A stretch of 64,000 bases of DNA from an uncultured Actinomycetota bacterium (GTDB lineage: Bacteria > Actinomycetota > Actinomycetes > Propionibacteriales > Nocardioidaceae), in contig CAVUNJ010000008.1 of the NCBI GenBank assembly GCA_963742815.1, positions 84,925-148,924 on the forward strand, read 5' to 3'. Positions 37,222-46,437 of the stretch are shown in pieces (position 1 is the stretch's first letter; every line of letters starts with the position of its first letter). The position numbers and the translations under genes are program-made. The notes beneath the pieces were generated by a model. The model had not been told where the DNA came from, did no database searches, and worked only from the letters and a program-made list of their open reading frames with translations.

Positions 37222-38598
37222 ATGGCATCGATCTTCAAGTGGGACGTGGTCCATCCGGAGCCCGGTGAGGCGGTCGCGCCGCACCAGCGCCTGACCTGGG
37301 GACGAACAGCCGGGCTCGGCGCTCAGCACGTCGTAGCGATGTTCGGGGCGACGTTCGTCTTCCCGATCGTCATGGGTCTCGACCCCAACCTCGCGATCAT
37401 GTTCTCCGGCATCTGCACGATCCTGTTCCTGCTGATCTGCAGCAACAAGGTGCCCAGCTACCTCGGCACCAGCGCCTCCTTCGTGGCGAGCGTTGCCGCG
37501 ATCCGGTCCCAGGGAGGTGACTCCTCCGATGTCACCGGGGCGATCATGGTCGCCGGCATCGTCTTGATGCTGGTTGGCGTGCTCGTGCACTTCTCTGGCT
37601 CCGGGCTGATCCACAAGGTCCTGCCACCCGCTGTCACCGGAGCCGTGGTCATGCTGATCGGGTTCAACCTCGCTCCCGTGGTCGCCCAGATCTACTGGCC
37701 GCAGGACCAGTGGGTCGCCCTGCTGACCGCCGCCTTCATGGTCTGTGCCGCCGTGCTGTTCCCGGGATTCTGGTCGCGGATCGCGGTGTTCCTGGCGCTG
37801 ATCTTCGGCTACCTGCTGTCCTGGCTCCTCGACCTGGTCGCCGGCAGCATCAACTCGCCGAACTCGTTGAACAACTTCGAGGTGGAGGACCACGACCGCA
37901 TCACCTGGGGACTCGTGAAATCGGCAGACTGGATCGGCTTCCCCAGCGGCACCCTCGGAGACGGCGTCTCCGCCGTGCATGGACCGAGCTTCTCGATGAC
38001 CTTCATCCTGCTGGTCCTGCCCGGCGTGATCGCCCTCATCGCGGAGAACACCGGACACGTCAAGGCAGTCGCGGAGATGACCGGCAACGACCTCGACCCC
38101 TACATGGGCAGGGCCATCGGCGCGGACGGCTTCGCGACCGCGCTCGCGTCGGCGTTCGGCGGCTCGCCGACCACGACGTACGCCGAGAACATCGGCGTCA
38201 TGGGCGCCACCCGCGTCTACTCCACCGCTGCCTACTACGTGGCCGCAGGCGTGGCCATCCTGCTGGGGTTGTGCCCGAAGTTCGGGGCGATCGTCAGCGC
38301 CACCCCTGGTGGTGTACTCGGCGGGATCACCGTTGTGCTGTACGGCATGATCGGGCTGGTGGGCGCCAAGATCTGGGTCGAGAACCGGGTGGACTTCGGC
38401 AACCCGGTCAACCTGGTCGGGCTGGCCGCGGGTCTGGTTGCCGGAATCGGCGGCGTCACCTTGAAGATCACCGACGACTTCGAGCTCACCGGCATCGCCC
38501 TGGGGACGATCCTGGTGATCGTGTTCTACCACCTCGTGGCTCCGCGTCATTCCCCCGGCAGCGAGCGCGGCGCCGATGAGGTGACCAAGGCCCTGTGA
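37222..38598 (+). CDS. NCS2 (UraA-like) uracil/xanthine permease
   Basis: QHVVAMFG, PSYLGTS.SF, AENTGH, TTYAENIGV signature. Confidence 0.93.
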   Translation: MASIFKWDVVHPEPGEAVAPHQRLTWGRTAGLGAQHVVAMFGATFVFPIVMGLDPNLAIMFSGICTILFLLICSNKVPSYLGTSASFVASVAAIRSQGGDSSDVTGAIMVAGIVLMLVGVLVHFSGSGLIHKVLPPAVTGAVVMLIGFNLAPVVAQIYWPQDQWVALLTAAFMVCAAVLFPGFWSRIAVFLALIFGYLLSWLLDLVAGSINSPNSLNNFEVEDHDRITWGLVKSADWIGFPSGTLGDGVSAVHGPSFSMTFILLVLPGVIALIAENTGHVKAVAEMTGNDLDPYMGRAIGADGFATALASAFGGSPTTTYAENIGVMGATRVYSTAAYYVAAGVAILLGLCPKFGAIVSATPGGVLGGITVVLYGMIGLVGAKIWVENRVDFGNPVNLVGLAAGLVAGIGGVTLKITDDFELTGIALGTILVIVFYHLVAPRHSPGSERGADEVTKAL

Positions 38599-39461
38599 AG
38601 CCAGCACCGTTCGACTATCTCCGGCCCGGGTCGCTCGCCGATGCCACAGCGGCCCTGGCCGGGGAGCCGAACGCGAAGGTGCTGGCCGGTGGCCAGAGCC
38701 TGGTCCCGCTGCTGTCGATGCGGCTCGCAGCGCCCAGCATGCTCGTTGACATCAACGGGCTGCCTGGCCTGTCCGGCATCGTGGTGACTGATCAGGGCGT
38801 GCGGATCGGCGCCCTGGCCCGGCACGCGGACGTCCTGGCCTCGGCCGACGTACGCCGGGTCCAGCCGCTTGTGTCGATGGCGCTGGCACGCGTGGCACAC
38901 GCCACGATCCGCAACCGGGGCACCACGGTCGGCTCGATCGTGCACGCTGACGCCGCTGCCGAGATGCCGGTCGTGCTCTCGCTGCTCGGTGGCTCGGTCG
39001 ACGTCGAGTCCAGCGCTGGAACGCGCGCCATCGATGCCGCCGAGCTCTTCGTCGGTCCGTTGGAGACCTCGCTGCATCACGACGAGATCGCGGTCTCGGC
39101 CTTCTTCCCCGCCCTCGAGGTCGGGGCCGGCGTCGCGTTCGACGAGGTCGCGCGTCGGCACGGGGACTACGCGCTCTGCGGCGTCGCGGCGAAGGTGCGC
39201 CTTGAGGATGATGCCGTTGTCGAGGCCAGGGTGGGCTACCTCTCGGTCAACGAGGTCCCGACCGTGGTGGACCTGACTGCTGCTCTCGAGCAGGGCATGG
39301 ACGACTCGACGCTCGCCGAGGCCGGCGAGCGGGCGCTGTCGTCGCTCGACCCGGCGGCCGACATCCACGCGACGGCTGCCTACCGCGCACAGCTCGTGCG
39401 CGTGCTGACGGCGAGAGTGCTGCGTTCGGCGTACGACGATGCGCTGCGGAGGTCGCGATGA
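38595..39461 (+). CDS. Molybdenum hydroxylase FAD subunit (CoxM/XdhB-like)
   Basis: MKPAPFDY, AGGQSLVP, IRNRGT.VGS, RRHGDYAL. Confidence 0.93.
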   Translation: MKPAPFDYLRPGSLADATAALAGEPNAKVLAGGQSLVPLLSMRLAAPSMLVDINGLPGLSGIVVTDQGVRIGALARHADVLASADVRRVQPLVSMALARVAHATIRNRGTTVGSIVHADAAAEMPVVLSLLGGSVDVESSAGTRAIDAAELFVGPLETSLHHDEIAVSAFFPALEVGAGVAFDEVARRHGDYALCGVAAKVRLEDDAVVEARVGYLSVNEVPTVVDLTAALEQGMDDSTLAEAGERALSSLDPAADIHATAAYRAQLVRVLTARVLRSAYDDALRRSR

Positions 39462-39949
39462 GTGAGCACCTGCACGACGTACGCCTGGTCGTCAACGGCG
39501 CGGCCCACGACATCGCGGTGCCTGCACGCCGGTTGCTCTCCGACGCGCTGCGCCACGACCTGGGACTCACCGGCACGCACGTCGGCTGTGAGCACGGAGT
39601 GTGCGGCGCATGCACGGTCCTGGTAGACGGTCGACCCGCGCGGTCGTGCCTGATGTTCGCGGTCTCCGCCGTCGACACGGAGATCACCACCGTCGAGGGC
39701 CTGACGGAGGATGACGGGGCGCTCGGTCCGGTCCAGCAGGCGTTCCTCGAGTGCCACGGACTCCAGTGCGGCTTCTGCACCCCCGGCTTCCTGACCACGA
39801 TCACCGCCGGGCTGCGGGAGAACCCGCGGCCGACGCGCGAGGACGCGAAGGACATGATCGCCGGGAACCTGTGCCGGTGCACGGGCTACCAGAACATCGT
39901 GGCGGCCGTCGTACGGGCGGCCGAGCTGGCTGACGGTGAAAGCACATGA
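39458..39949 (+). CDS. Molybdenum hydroxylase 2Fe-2S subunit (CoxS/XdhC-like)
   Basis: GCEHGVCGAC, QCGFCTPG, GNLCRCTGY. Confidence 0.95.
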   Translation: MSEHLHDVRLVVNGAAHDIAVPARRLLSDALRHDLGLTGTHVGCEHGVCGACTVLVDGRPARSCLMFAVSAVDTEITTVEGLTEDDGALGPVQQAFLECHGLQCGFCTPGFLTTITAGLRENPRPTREDAKDMIAGNLCRCTGYQNIVAAVVRAAELADGEST

Positions 39950-42333
39950 CCACGAAGCTCTTCGGAACTCGGGTCCAGCGGGTCGAGGACCATCGCTTCC
40001 TGCGTGGCGGGGGCCGCTACGCAGACGACATCGCCGTCTCGCCGGACACGCTGCACGCCGCTGTTCTGCGGTCTCCCCACGCGCATGCGCGCATCGTCGA
40101 CATCGACGTGGAGGAGGTGCTCGACCTCGATGGCGTGCACGCCGTGTGGACGTACGACGACCTCACCGGCCCCATGGCCGAGCCGCTTCCCATGCTGATC
40201 CCGCACCCGGCCCTGACCCACGGCCGCACGCAGTACGCCCTGGCCAAGGACGAGGTCAACCATGTCGGCGAGGCCGTCGCGTTCGTCGTGGCGGACGACC
40301 GCTATGTCGCGGAGGACGCCGTCGACCGGATCAAGGTGACCTATGAATTCCTCGAACCCGTGGTGGGAATCGCCAACGCGCGCGCGGCTGCGAGACTCGT
40401 CCACGAGGACGTCCCGGGCAACATCGGGGCCCGGATGGAGCAGCACGTCGGTGACGCACCGGCGGCCGTCGCTGCCGCCCCGCACCGCCTCGAGCTCGAC
40501 CTGACCATCGAACGCAGTGCCTCGATGCCGCTCGAGGGACGTGGCACAGTCGCCCGCTGGGACTCCGACATCAACCGTCTCCAGGTGTGGACCTCGACTC
40601 AGACCTCGACCGGTGTCCGCGCCGTGGTCGCGGTCAAGCTGGACCTCGACCTGGCCCAGGTCGACGTGATCACCCCGGACGTCGGTGGCGGCTTCGGGGT
40701 CAAGATCAACCACCCGTGGCCGGAGGAGCTCCTCGTTCCGCTCGCGGCTCGAGCGCTCGGCCGGACGGTGAAGTTCACCGAGGACCGGCGCGAGCACTTC
40801 ATCTCCTCCGCCCACGAACGCGGGCAGGTGCACCACGTCGAGGTCGGGTTCGACGACGAGGGCCGGTTGCTCGGCCTGGACGTGCAGTTCTGGCATGACC
40901 ACGGCGCCTACACGCCGTACGGCCTGATCGTGCCGATCATCACCTCGACGCAGCTGCTCGGCCCCTACAAGCCCAGCAACTACCGCGTTGCCTTCGAGTC
41001 GCTCTACACCAACACCGTGATGGTCACTCCCTACAGAGGGGCCGGACGGCCGCAGGGCTGCTTCGTCATGGAGCGCACGCTGGACGCCATCGCGGCCTTC
41101 CTCGGCAAGGATCGCGCCGAGGTCCGGTCGGTCAACTTCATCCAGCCCGACGAGTTTCCCTACGACCACGGCCTGGTGTTCCAGGACGGCCGTGAGCTGG
41201 AGTACGACTCCGGTGACTATCCGGCGCTGCTGGAGATGATCAAGACCCTCGTCGGCTGGGACGAGTTCCCGGCCTTCCGTGCCGAGATGGAAGCGCAAGG
41301 GCGACGAGTCGGGATCGGCCTGGCCTGCTACGTCGAGGGCACCGGTGTCGGTCCCTACGAGGGTGCGCACGTGCACATCGAAACCTCAGGCAAGGTCAAG
41401 GTTGCGACCGGGCTGACCACCCAGGGACAGAGCCACGCCACCGTCTTCGCGCAGCTGGTGGCCGACGAGCTCGGGTGCCGTTTCGAGGACGTCGAGGTGG
41501 TCACCGGGGACACCCGCCGGATGCCGTACGCCGTGGGTACGTTCGCCTCGCGCGCCGCGGTGATGAGCGGCTCCGCGGTTCACCTGGCGGCCAGGCGGGC
41601 GAAGGAAAAGGTGCTCAGGATCGCCTCCGAGGCACTCGAGGCCGACGTCGGCGACCTGCAGATCGTCGACGGCGTGGTCTCGGTGAAGGGTGCGCCAGGG
41701 GTCGAGCTCGACCTGGGCACGGTGTCGGTGCTCTCGAACCCTCTCCGCTATGCCTTCGACGAAGCCTCCAGGGCGGCGACCCAGTTCTCGGTCGGTGACC
41801 CCGGCAAGCCTCCGGTGGCCGAGGACGACGAACCCGGTCTCGAGGGTCGCGACTTCTACTCGCCGGAGCGGGCCACCTTCGCCGCAGGGATGCACGCAGC
41901 CATCATCGAGACCGACCCGGAGACAGCCGAGATCACGATCCTGAAGTACGCCGTTGTCCACGACTGCGGTCGCGTGATCAATCCGATGGTCGTCGAAGGC
42001 CAGATCCACGGCGGTGTCGCCCAGGGTGTGGGCGGCGCCCTCTACGAACGGATGGCGTACGACGAGAACGGGCAGCTGCAGAACGCCTCGTTCATGGACT
42101 TTCTGATGCCCTACGTCACCGAGGTCCCGGACACGATCGAGATCGACCACCTCGAAACACCGTCGCCCCTCAACCCGCTGGGCATCAAGGGTGTCGGCGA
42201 GGCTGGGGTGATCCCGGCGTCGGCGATGTTCGCCGCCGCGATCGAGGACGCCGAGGGGTTCCAGATCACCACCATGCCGATCTCACCCTCCGACCTGTTC
42301 GAGCTGCGGGCCCAGCACCAAGAGGAGACCTGA
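39946..42333 (+). CDS. Molybdenum hydroxylase large subunit (candidate uracil/thymine dehydrogenase)
   Basis: GGGFG.K, AHERGQ, PYRGAGRPQ, GTFASR, GQIHGG..QG, KGVGE; lacks the CODH AYxCSFR loop. Confidence 0.85.
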   Translation: MTTKLFGTRVQRVEDHRFLRGGGRYADDIAVSPDTLHAAVLRSPHAHARIVDIDVEEVLDLDGVHAVWTYDDLTGPMAEPLPMLIPHPALTHGRTQYALAKDEVNHVGEAVAFVVADDRYVAEDAVDRIKVTYEFLEPVVGIANARAAARLVHEDVPGNIGARMEQHVGDAPAAVAAAPHRLELDLTIERSASMPLEGRGTVARWDSDINRLQVWTSTQTSTGVRAVVAVKLDLDLAQVDVITPDVGGGFGVKINHPWPEELLVPLAARALGRTVKFTEDRREHFISSAHERGQVHHVEVGFDDEGRLLGLDVQFWHDHGAYTPYGLIVPIITSTQLLGPYKPSNYRVAFESLYTNTVMVTPYRGAGRPQGCFVMERTLDAIAAFLGKDRAEVRSVNFIQPDEFPYDHGLVFQDGRELEYDSGDYPALLEMIKTLVGWDEFPAFRAEMEAQGRRVGIGLACYVEGTGVGPYEGAHVHIETSGKVKVATGLTTQGQSHATVFAQLVADELGCRFEDVEVVTGDTRRMPYAVGTFASRAAVMSGSAVHLAARRAKEKVLRIASEALEADVGDLQIVDGVVSVKGAPGVELDLGTVSVLSNPLRYAFDEASRAATQFSVGDPGKPPVAEDDEPGLEGRDFYSPERATFAAGMHAAIIETDPETAEITILKYAVVHDCGRVINPMVVEGQIHGGVAQGVGGALYERMAYDENGQLQNASFMDFLMPYVTEVPDTIEIDHLETPSPLNPLGIKGVGEAGVIPASAMFAAAIEDAEGFQITTMPISPSDLFELRAQHQEET

Positions 42334-42959
42334 TGAGGTTCACCGGCGAATCCGTCCTGCACGCATCCATCGACCAGGTGTGGGATGCCCTGCTCGACCC
42401 CGCCGTCCTGGTCCGCACGATTCCGGGCTGCGAGCGGCTCGAGTCGGCCGGTCAGGACGCCTACTCGATGACCGTCACGGCCGGGGTGGCCGCGATCCGG
42501 GGTACCTACTCGGGATCCTGTGTCCTCTCCGACCTCGAGCGACACGAGTCGCTGCTGATGAAGCTCCAGGGATCCGGTGCGCCCGGCACGGTCGGTGCCG
42601 AGGTGAAGGTCGCCTTCCGCGACGGTGGTGACGACACCACCGTCGTCGCCTACGAGGCCGATGCCATCGTCGGCGGCATGGTTGGTGGGGTTGGCCAGAG
42701 GATGCTCACCAGCGTTTCCCGCCGGATGGCCGGCGAGTTCTTCGGCAACGTCGACGCGGTCCTGACGGGGACCGAGAAGAGGCCCGAAGTCGGGGTCTCG
42801 TCGCGCGCGTCCGGCGAAGGACAGGTCTTCACCGCGCCGGCCCCCGCGGCCGGCCAGGCACCCGTCAGCCCGGACTTCCTGAAGGGAGTTGCCGTGGGTG
42901 CCGGACTGGTGCTGCTCGGCGTCGCCGCGGGAGTCGCGCTGGGAGGGCGACGCCGGTGA
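42333..42959 (+). CDS. CoxG/SRPBCC-family accessory protein
   Basis: VWDALLDP.VL...IPGC, VGGMVGGVGQRML, C-terminal TM. Confidence 0.88.
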   Translation: MRFTGESVLHASIDQVWDALLDPAVLVRTIPGCERLESAGQDAYSMTVTAGVAAIRGTYSGSCVLSDLERHESLLMKLQGSGAPGTVGAEVKVAFRDGGDDTTVVAYEADAIVGGMVGGVGQRMLTSVSRRMAGEFFGNVDAVLTGTEKRPEVGVSSRASGEGQVFTAPAPAAGQAPVSPDFLKGVAVGAGLVLLGVAAGVALGGRRR

Positions 42960-44353
42960 CTGGCGCCAACCTCACGGTCGAGTCGACCGCCCACGAGATG
43001 GCGCGGGCGGTTCGCGAGCGCCAGATCTCCGCGCGGGAGCTGCTCGACCTCCATCTGACCCGGATCGAAGAGCGCAACGGCGAGGTCAACGCCATCGTCT
43101 CGCTGGACACCGACCGGGCTCGCGCCTCTGCGGCGGCCGTCGACGAGGCAACGGTCTCCGGCGGCCCGTTGGGCCCGCTGCACGGCCTGCCGTTCGCAGT
43201 GAAGGACACGCATCTGGTGGCCGGCTGGCGCACCACCTTCGGCTCGCCCCTCCATGCCGACAACGTCTCGGACGCCGACTCGCTGGCCGTCGAGCGGATC
43301 AGGGGCGCGGGCGTCGTACTGCTCGGCAGGACGAACGTGCCGGAGTTCGCGGCCGGGTCCCACACCTTCAACACGATCTTCGGGACCACGCGCAACCCGG
43401 CCGACCTGGGCCGGTCCGCGGGTGGGTCCAGCGGGGGAGCGGCGGCGGCCCTGGCCGCAGGCATGGTGCCGCTGGCAGACGGTTCGGACATGGGCGGCTC
43501 GTTGCGCAACCCTGCTTCGTTCTGCGGGGTAGTCGGACTGCGGCCATCGTTGGGACGCGTCCCGGACTGGCCTGCCCTCAACCACTGGGAGACGCTCGGG
43601 GTCACCGGACCGATGGCGCGCAACGTGGGTGACCTGGCGCTGCTGCTCTCGGTGATGGCGGGGCCAGATCCACGTGCGCCTCAGGCACTCGGCGACCCCG
43701 GCGCCACCTTCGCCACACCCGAAGCAGCCTCCCTGCAGGGGCTGCGTGTTGCCTCGTCGGTCGATCTCGGCGGTGCCTTCGAGGTCGACCACGAGGTGGA
43801 AGCTCTGCACGAGGTCGCCGCCAAGGTCTTCAGCAGCCACGGCGCGCGACTGTCCGCGGCGTACCCGGACCTCGTCGAGGCCGAGGACACCTTCCGAACC
43901 CTGCGCGCCTGGAACTTCTGGGCTGTGCACGGGCCGGCGCTGGCAGCGAACCCGGACGCCTTCAAGCCCTCCCTCGCGGAGAACATCCGGGCGGGGGAGT
44001 CGCTGACCGGTGCGGATGTCGCCCGCGCCTACCGGAAGCGCACCGCACTGTCGCATCGGATGCGCGAGTTCTTCACGTCGTACGACGTGCTGGTCCTGCC
44101 GGTGTCGCAGGTGCCTCCGTTCCCGGCCGACCAGGAGTACCCCACCGAGATCAACGGTCGGCCGATGAGCTCCTACCTTGACTGGATGCGCTCGGCGTAC
44201 TTCATCTCCGCGACCGGGTGCCCGGCGATCTCGTTGCCTGCCGGTCACACGAGCGACGGACTGCCGGTCGGTGTGCAGATCGTCGGGCCGCACGGCTCGG
44301 ACCTGCGGTTGCTCGAGATCGCTGCCGGCTTCGAGGCCGCGGTGGCCACATGA
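42956..44353 (+). CDS. Amidase-signature family amidase
   Basis: GPLHGLPFAVKD (Lys), GGSSGG, GSDMGGSLRNPAS (Ser-cisSer-Lys triad). Confidence 0.93.
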   Translation: MTGANLTVESTAHEMARAVRERQISARELLDLHLTRIEERNGEVNAIVSLDTDRARASAAAVDEATVSGGPLGPLHGLPFAVKDTHLVAGWRTTFGSPLHADNVSDADSLAVERIRGAGVVLLGRTNVPEFAAGSHTFNTIFGTTRNPADLGRSAGGSSGGAAAALAAGMVPLADGSDMGGSLRNPASFCGVVGLRPSLGRVPDWPALNHWETLGVTGPMARNVGDLALLLSVMAGPDPRAPQALGDPGATFATPEAASLQGLRVASSVDLGGAFEVDHEVEALHEVAAKVFSSHGARLSAAYPDLVEAEDTFRTLRAWNFWAVHGPALAANPDAFKPSLAENIRAGESLTGADVARAYRKRTALSHRMREFFTSYDVLVLPVSQVPPFPADQEYPTEINGRPMSSYLDWMRSAYFISATGCPAISLPAGHTSDGLPVGVQIVGPHGSDLRLLEIAAGFEAAVAT

Positions 44354-46437
44354 TGAGCATCAGGATCGGCATCGACACCGGCGGCACCTTCACCGACGTC
44401 GTCGCCTTCGACGAGGTGTCGGGCGAGATCGTGACGACCAAGACCCCGTCCACGCCGGACAACCCGGCTGACGGGTTCCTGGCCGGCATCGACAAGGTCC
44501 TCGGTCTCCTCGGGGCCGACGCGAGCGCAATCGAGGCTGTCTGCCACGGCACCACGGTGGCGACCAACCAGCTGCTCGAGGGGAAGGTCGAGCGGCTCGG
44601 CTTCATCACCACCGCTGGTTACGAGGCGATGCTCGAGATCGCACGTCAGTCAGTGCCCGACGGCTACGGCAACTCCTACTTCTGGGTCAAGCCCAGTCGC
44701 ATCGTCCCGCGCGACCTGGTCAAGGGCGTCGGTGGCCGGCTCGACTTCACCGGGGCGGAGGTGCGTAGCTTCGACGAGGTCTCTGCCCGCAACGCGGCCC
44801 GCTGGTTCCGGGACCAGGGCATCACCACCCTCGGGGTCTGTTTCCTGCACTCCTACGCCAACCCCGCTCACGAGGAGCGGATGCGAGAGGTGCTCGCCGA
44901 GGAGCACCCGGAGGCGGTGGTCTCGCTCAGCAGCGAGGTGCTCCGCGAGTATCGCGAGTACGAGCGGGCGATGACGACGCTGGTCGACGCGGCGGTCAAG
45001 CCGCGGCTCTCGGCGTACGTCACGAACATCAAGCGCCGGCTCGGATCTCTCGACGACCGCACGATCCCGTTCTACGTGATGAAGTCCAACGGCGGTGTGC
45101 TCTCGGCGGACGAGGTGGTGCACCAGCCGATCACCACGGTGCTCTCGGGACCGGCAGCGGGAGCCCTCGGCGCCGCGCTGATCGCCAAGGTCGCCGGTTT
45201 CGACAAGGTGCTGACCAGTGACGGCGGGGGCACCTCGACCGATGTCTCGGTCGTCATCGACGGCGAGCCCACCCTGACGACGGAGGGCACCGTCGGTGCC
45301 TTCCCGTCCAAGATCCCGATGATCGACGTGGTCACCGTCGGCGCGGGCGGGGGCTCCATCGCCTGGCTCTCACCAGAGGGCACCCTCAAGGTAGGACCCC
45401 ACTCTGCCGGTGCCGACCCCGGGCCGCTCTGCTACGCGAAGGGTGGCACTGATGTCACCATCACGGACGCACACGTCTTCCTCGGCCGGATCCCGCCGCA
45501 CCTGCTGGGTGGCGAAATCCCCCTCGACGTCGACGCCGGGCGCAACGGCATCGAGGCGCTGGCTGAGAAGCTCGGGTTCGCGCCAGAGGCGTGTGCGGCC
45601 GGCGTACTGGAGATCTCGGCCTGGAACCAGGCCAACGCGCTGCGCCAGGTCACCGTGAAGCGCGGTCTCGACGTCCGCGACTTCACGCTGACCACCTTCG
45701 GTGGCTCCGGCTCGCTGTTGCTGTGCCGCCTGATGGACGTGCTCGGCATCAGGTCCGTGCTGGTGCCGCCGAACCCCGGCAACGTCTCCGCCTTCGGCCT
45801 GCTGACTGTCGACGTCAAGAACGACTACGTCCGCACCCACGTCGCGCTGGACGAGACACTCGAGCCGGCCGCGGTCGTCTCGATCTACGACGCGCTCACC
45901 GACCAGGCGCGGGCCGCGCTCACCCAGGAGGGCTTCGCGGACACCGACCACGAGTTCGTGCGTACCGCCGACCTGCGCTACTTCGGCCAGGCCTTCGAGG
46001 TCCGGGTCGCCGTACCCGAGGACACCGTTGACGACCAGGTGCTCAGGGCGGTCGCCGGCAGGTTCCACGCCGAGCACCGCGCGCTCTACGGCTACGACTT
46101 CGCCGAGGACCCCACCCAGCAGGTCGAGTGGGTGAACCTCCGTGTCTCCGGCATCGGCCCGATCCGGCGCCCGGAGATCCAGAAGCAGGCGACCGCTGGG
46201 TCAACCGCAGCCACCACGACCGGCAAGCGACCGGTCTGCTTCGACCCTGAGTCGGGGTACGTCGAGACCCCGGTGCTGTGGCGGCCCGACCTGGTGCCCG
46301 GGGCGGTCGTGACCGGCCCCGCGATCATCGAGGAGTTCGGCTCCACCGTCCCGCTGCACCCCGGCTTCACCGCCCGGATCGACGACTACCTGAACATCAT
46401 CGTCGCGAGGGAGCCCAGAGGACGGGGGAGCGCATGA
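44350..46437 (+). CDS. Hydantoinase/oxoprolinase A subunit (HyuA-like)
   Basis: GIDTGGTFTD, HGTTVATN, SGPAAG, DGGGTSTD, GAGGGSIA, SAGADPGP; ATG 44350 overlaps the amidase stop. Confidence 0.93.
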   Translation: MMSIRIGIDTGGTFTDVVAFDEVSGEIVTTKTPSTPDNPADGFLAGIDKVLGLLGADASAIEAVCHGTTVATNQLLEGKVERLGFITTAGYEAMLEIARQSVPDGYGNSYFWVKPSRIVPRDLVKGVGGRLDFTGAEVRSFDEVSARNAARWFRDQGITTLGVCFLHSYANPAHEERMREVLAEEHPEAVVSLSSEVLREYREYERAMTTLVDAAVKPRLSAYVTNIKRRLGSLDDRTIPFYVMKSNGGVLSADEVVHQPITTVLSGPAAGALGAALIAKVAGFDKVLTSDGGGTSTDVSVVIDGEPTLTTEGTVGAFPSKIPMIDVVTVGAGGGSIAWLSPEGTLKVGPHSAGADPGPLCYAKGGTDVTITDAHVFLGRIPPHLLGGEIPLDVDAGRNGIEALAEKLGFAPEACAAGVLEISAWNQANALRQVTVKRGLDVRDFTLTTFGGSGSLLLCRLMDVLGIRSVLVPPNPGNVSAFGLLTVDVKNDYVRTHVALDETLEPAAVVSIYDALTDQARAALTQEGFADTDHEFVRTADLRYFGQAFEVRVAVPEDTVDDQVLRAVAGRFHAEHRALYGYDFAEDPTQQVEWVNLRVSGIGPIRRPEIQKQATAGSTAATTTGKRPVCFDPESGYVETPVLWRPDLVPGAVVTGPAIIEEFGSTVPLHPGFTARIDDYLNIIVAREPRGRGSA

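Noticed and set aside
38595-42959. Aerobic CO dehydrogenase operon
   Set aside because: No AYxCSFR motif and no coxDEF genes; the context is pyrimidine catabolism.
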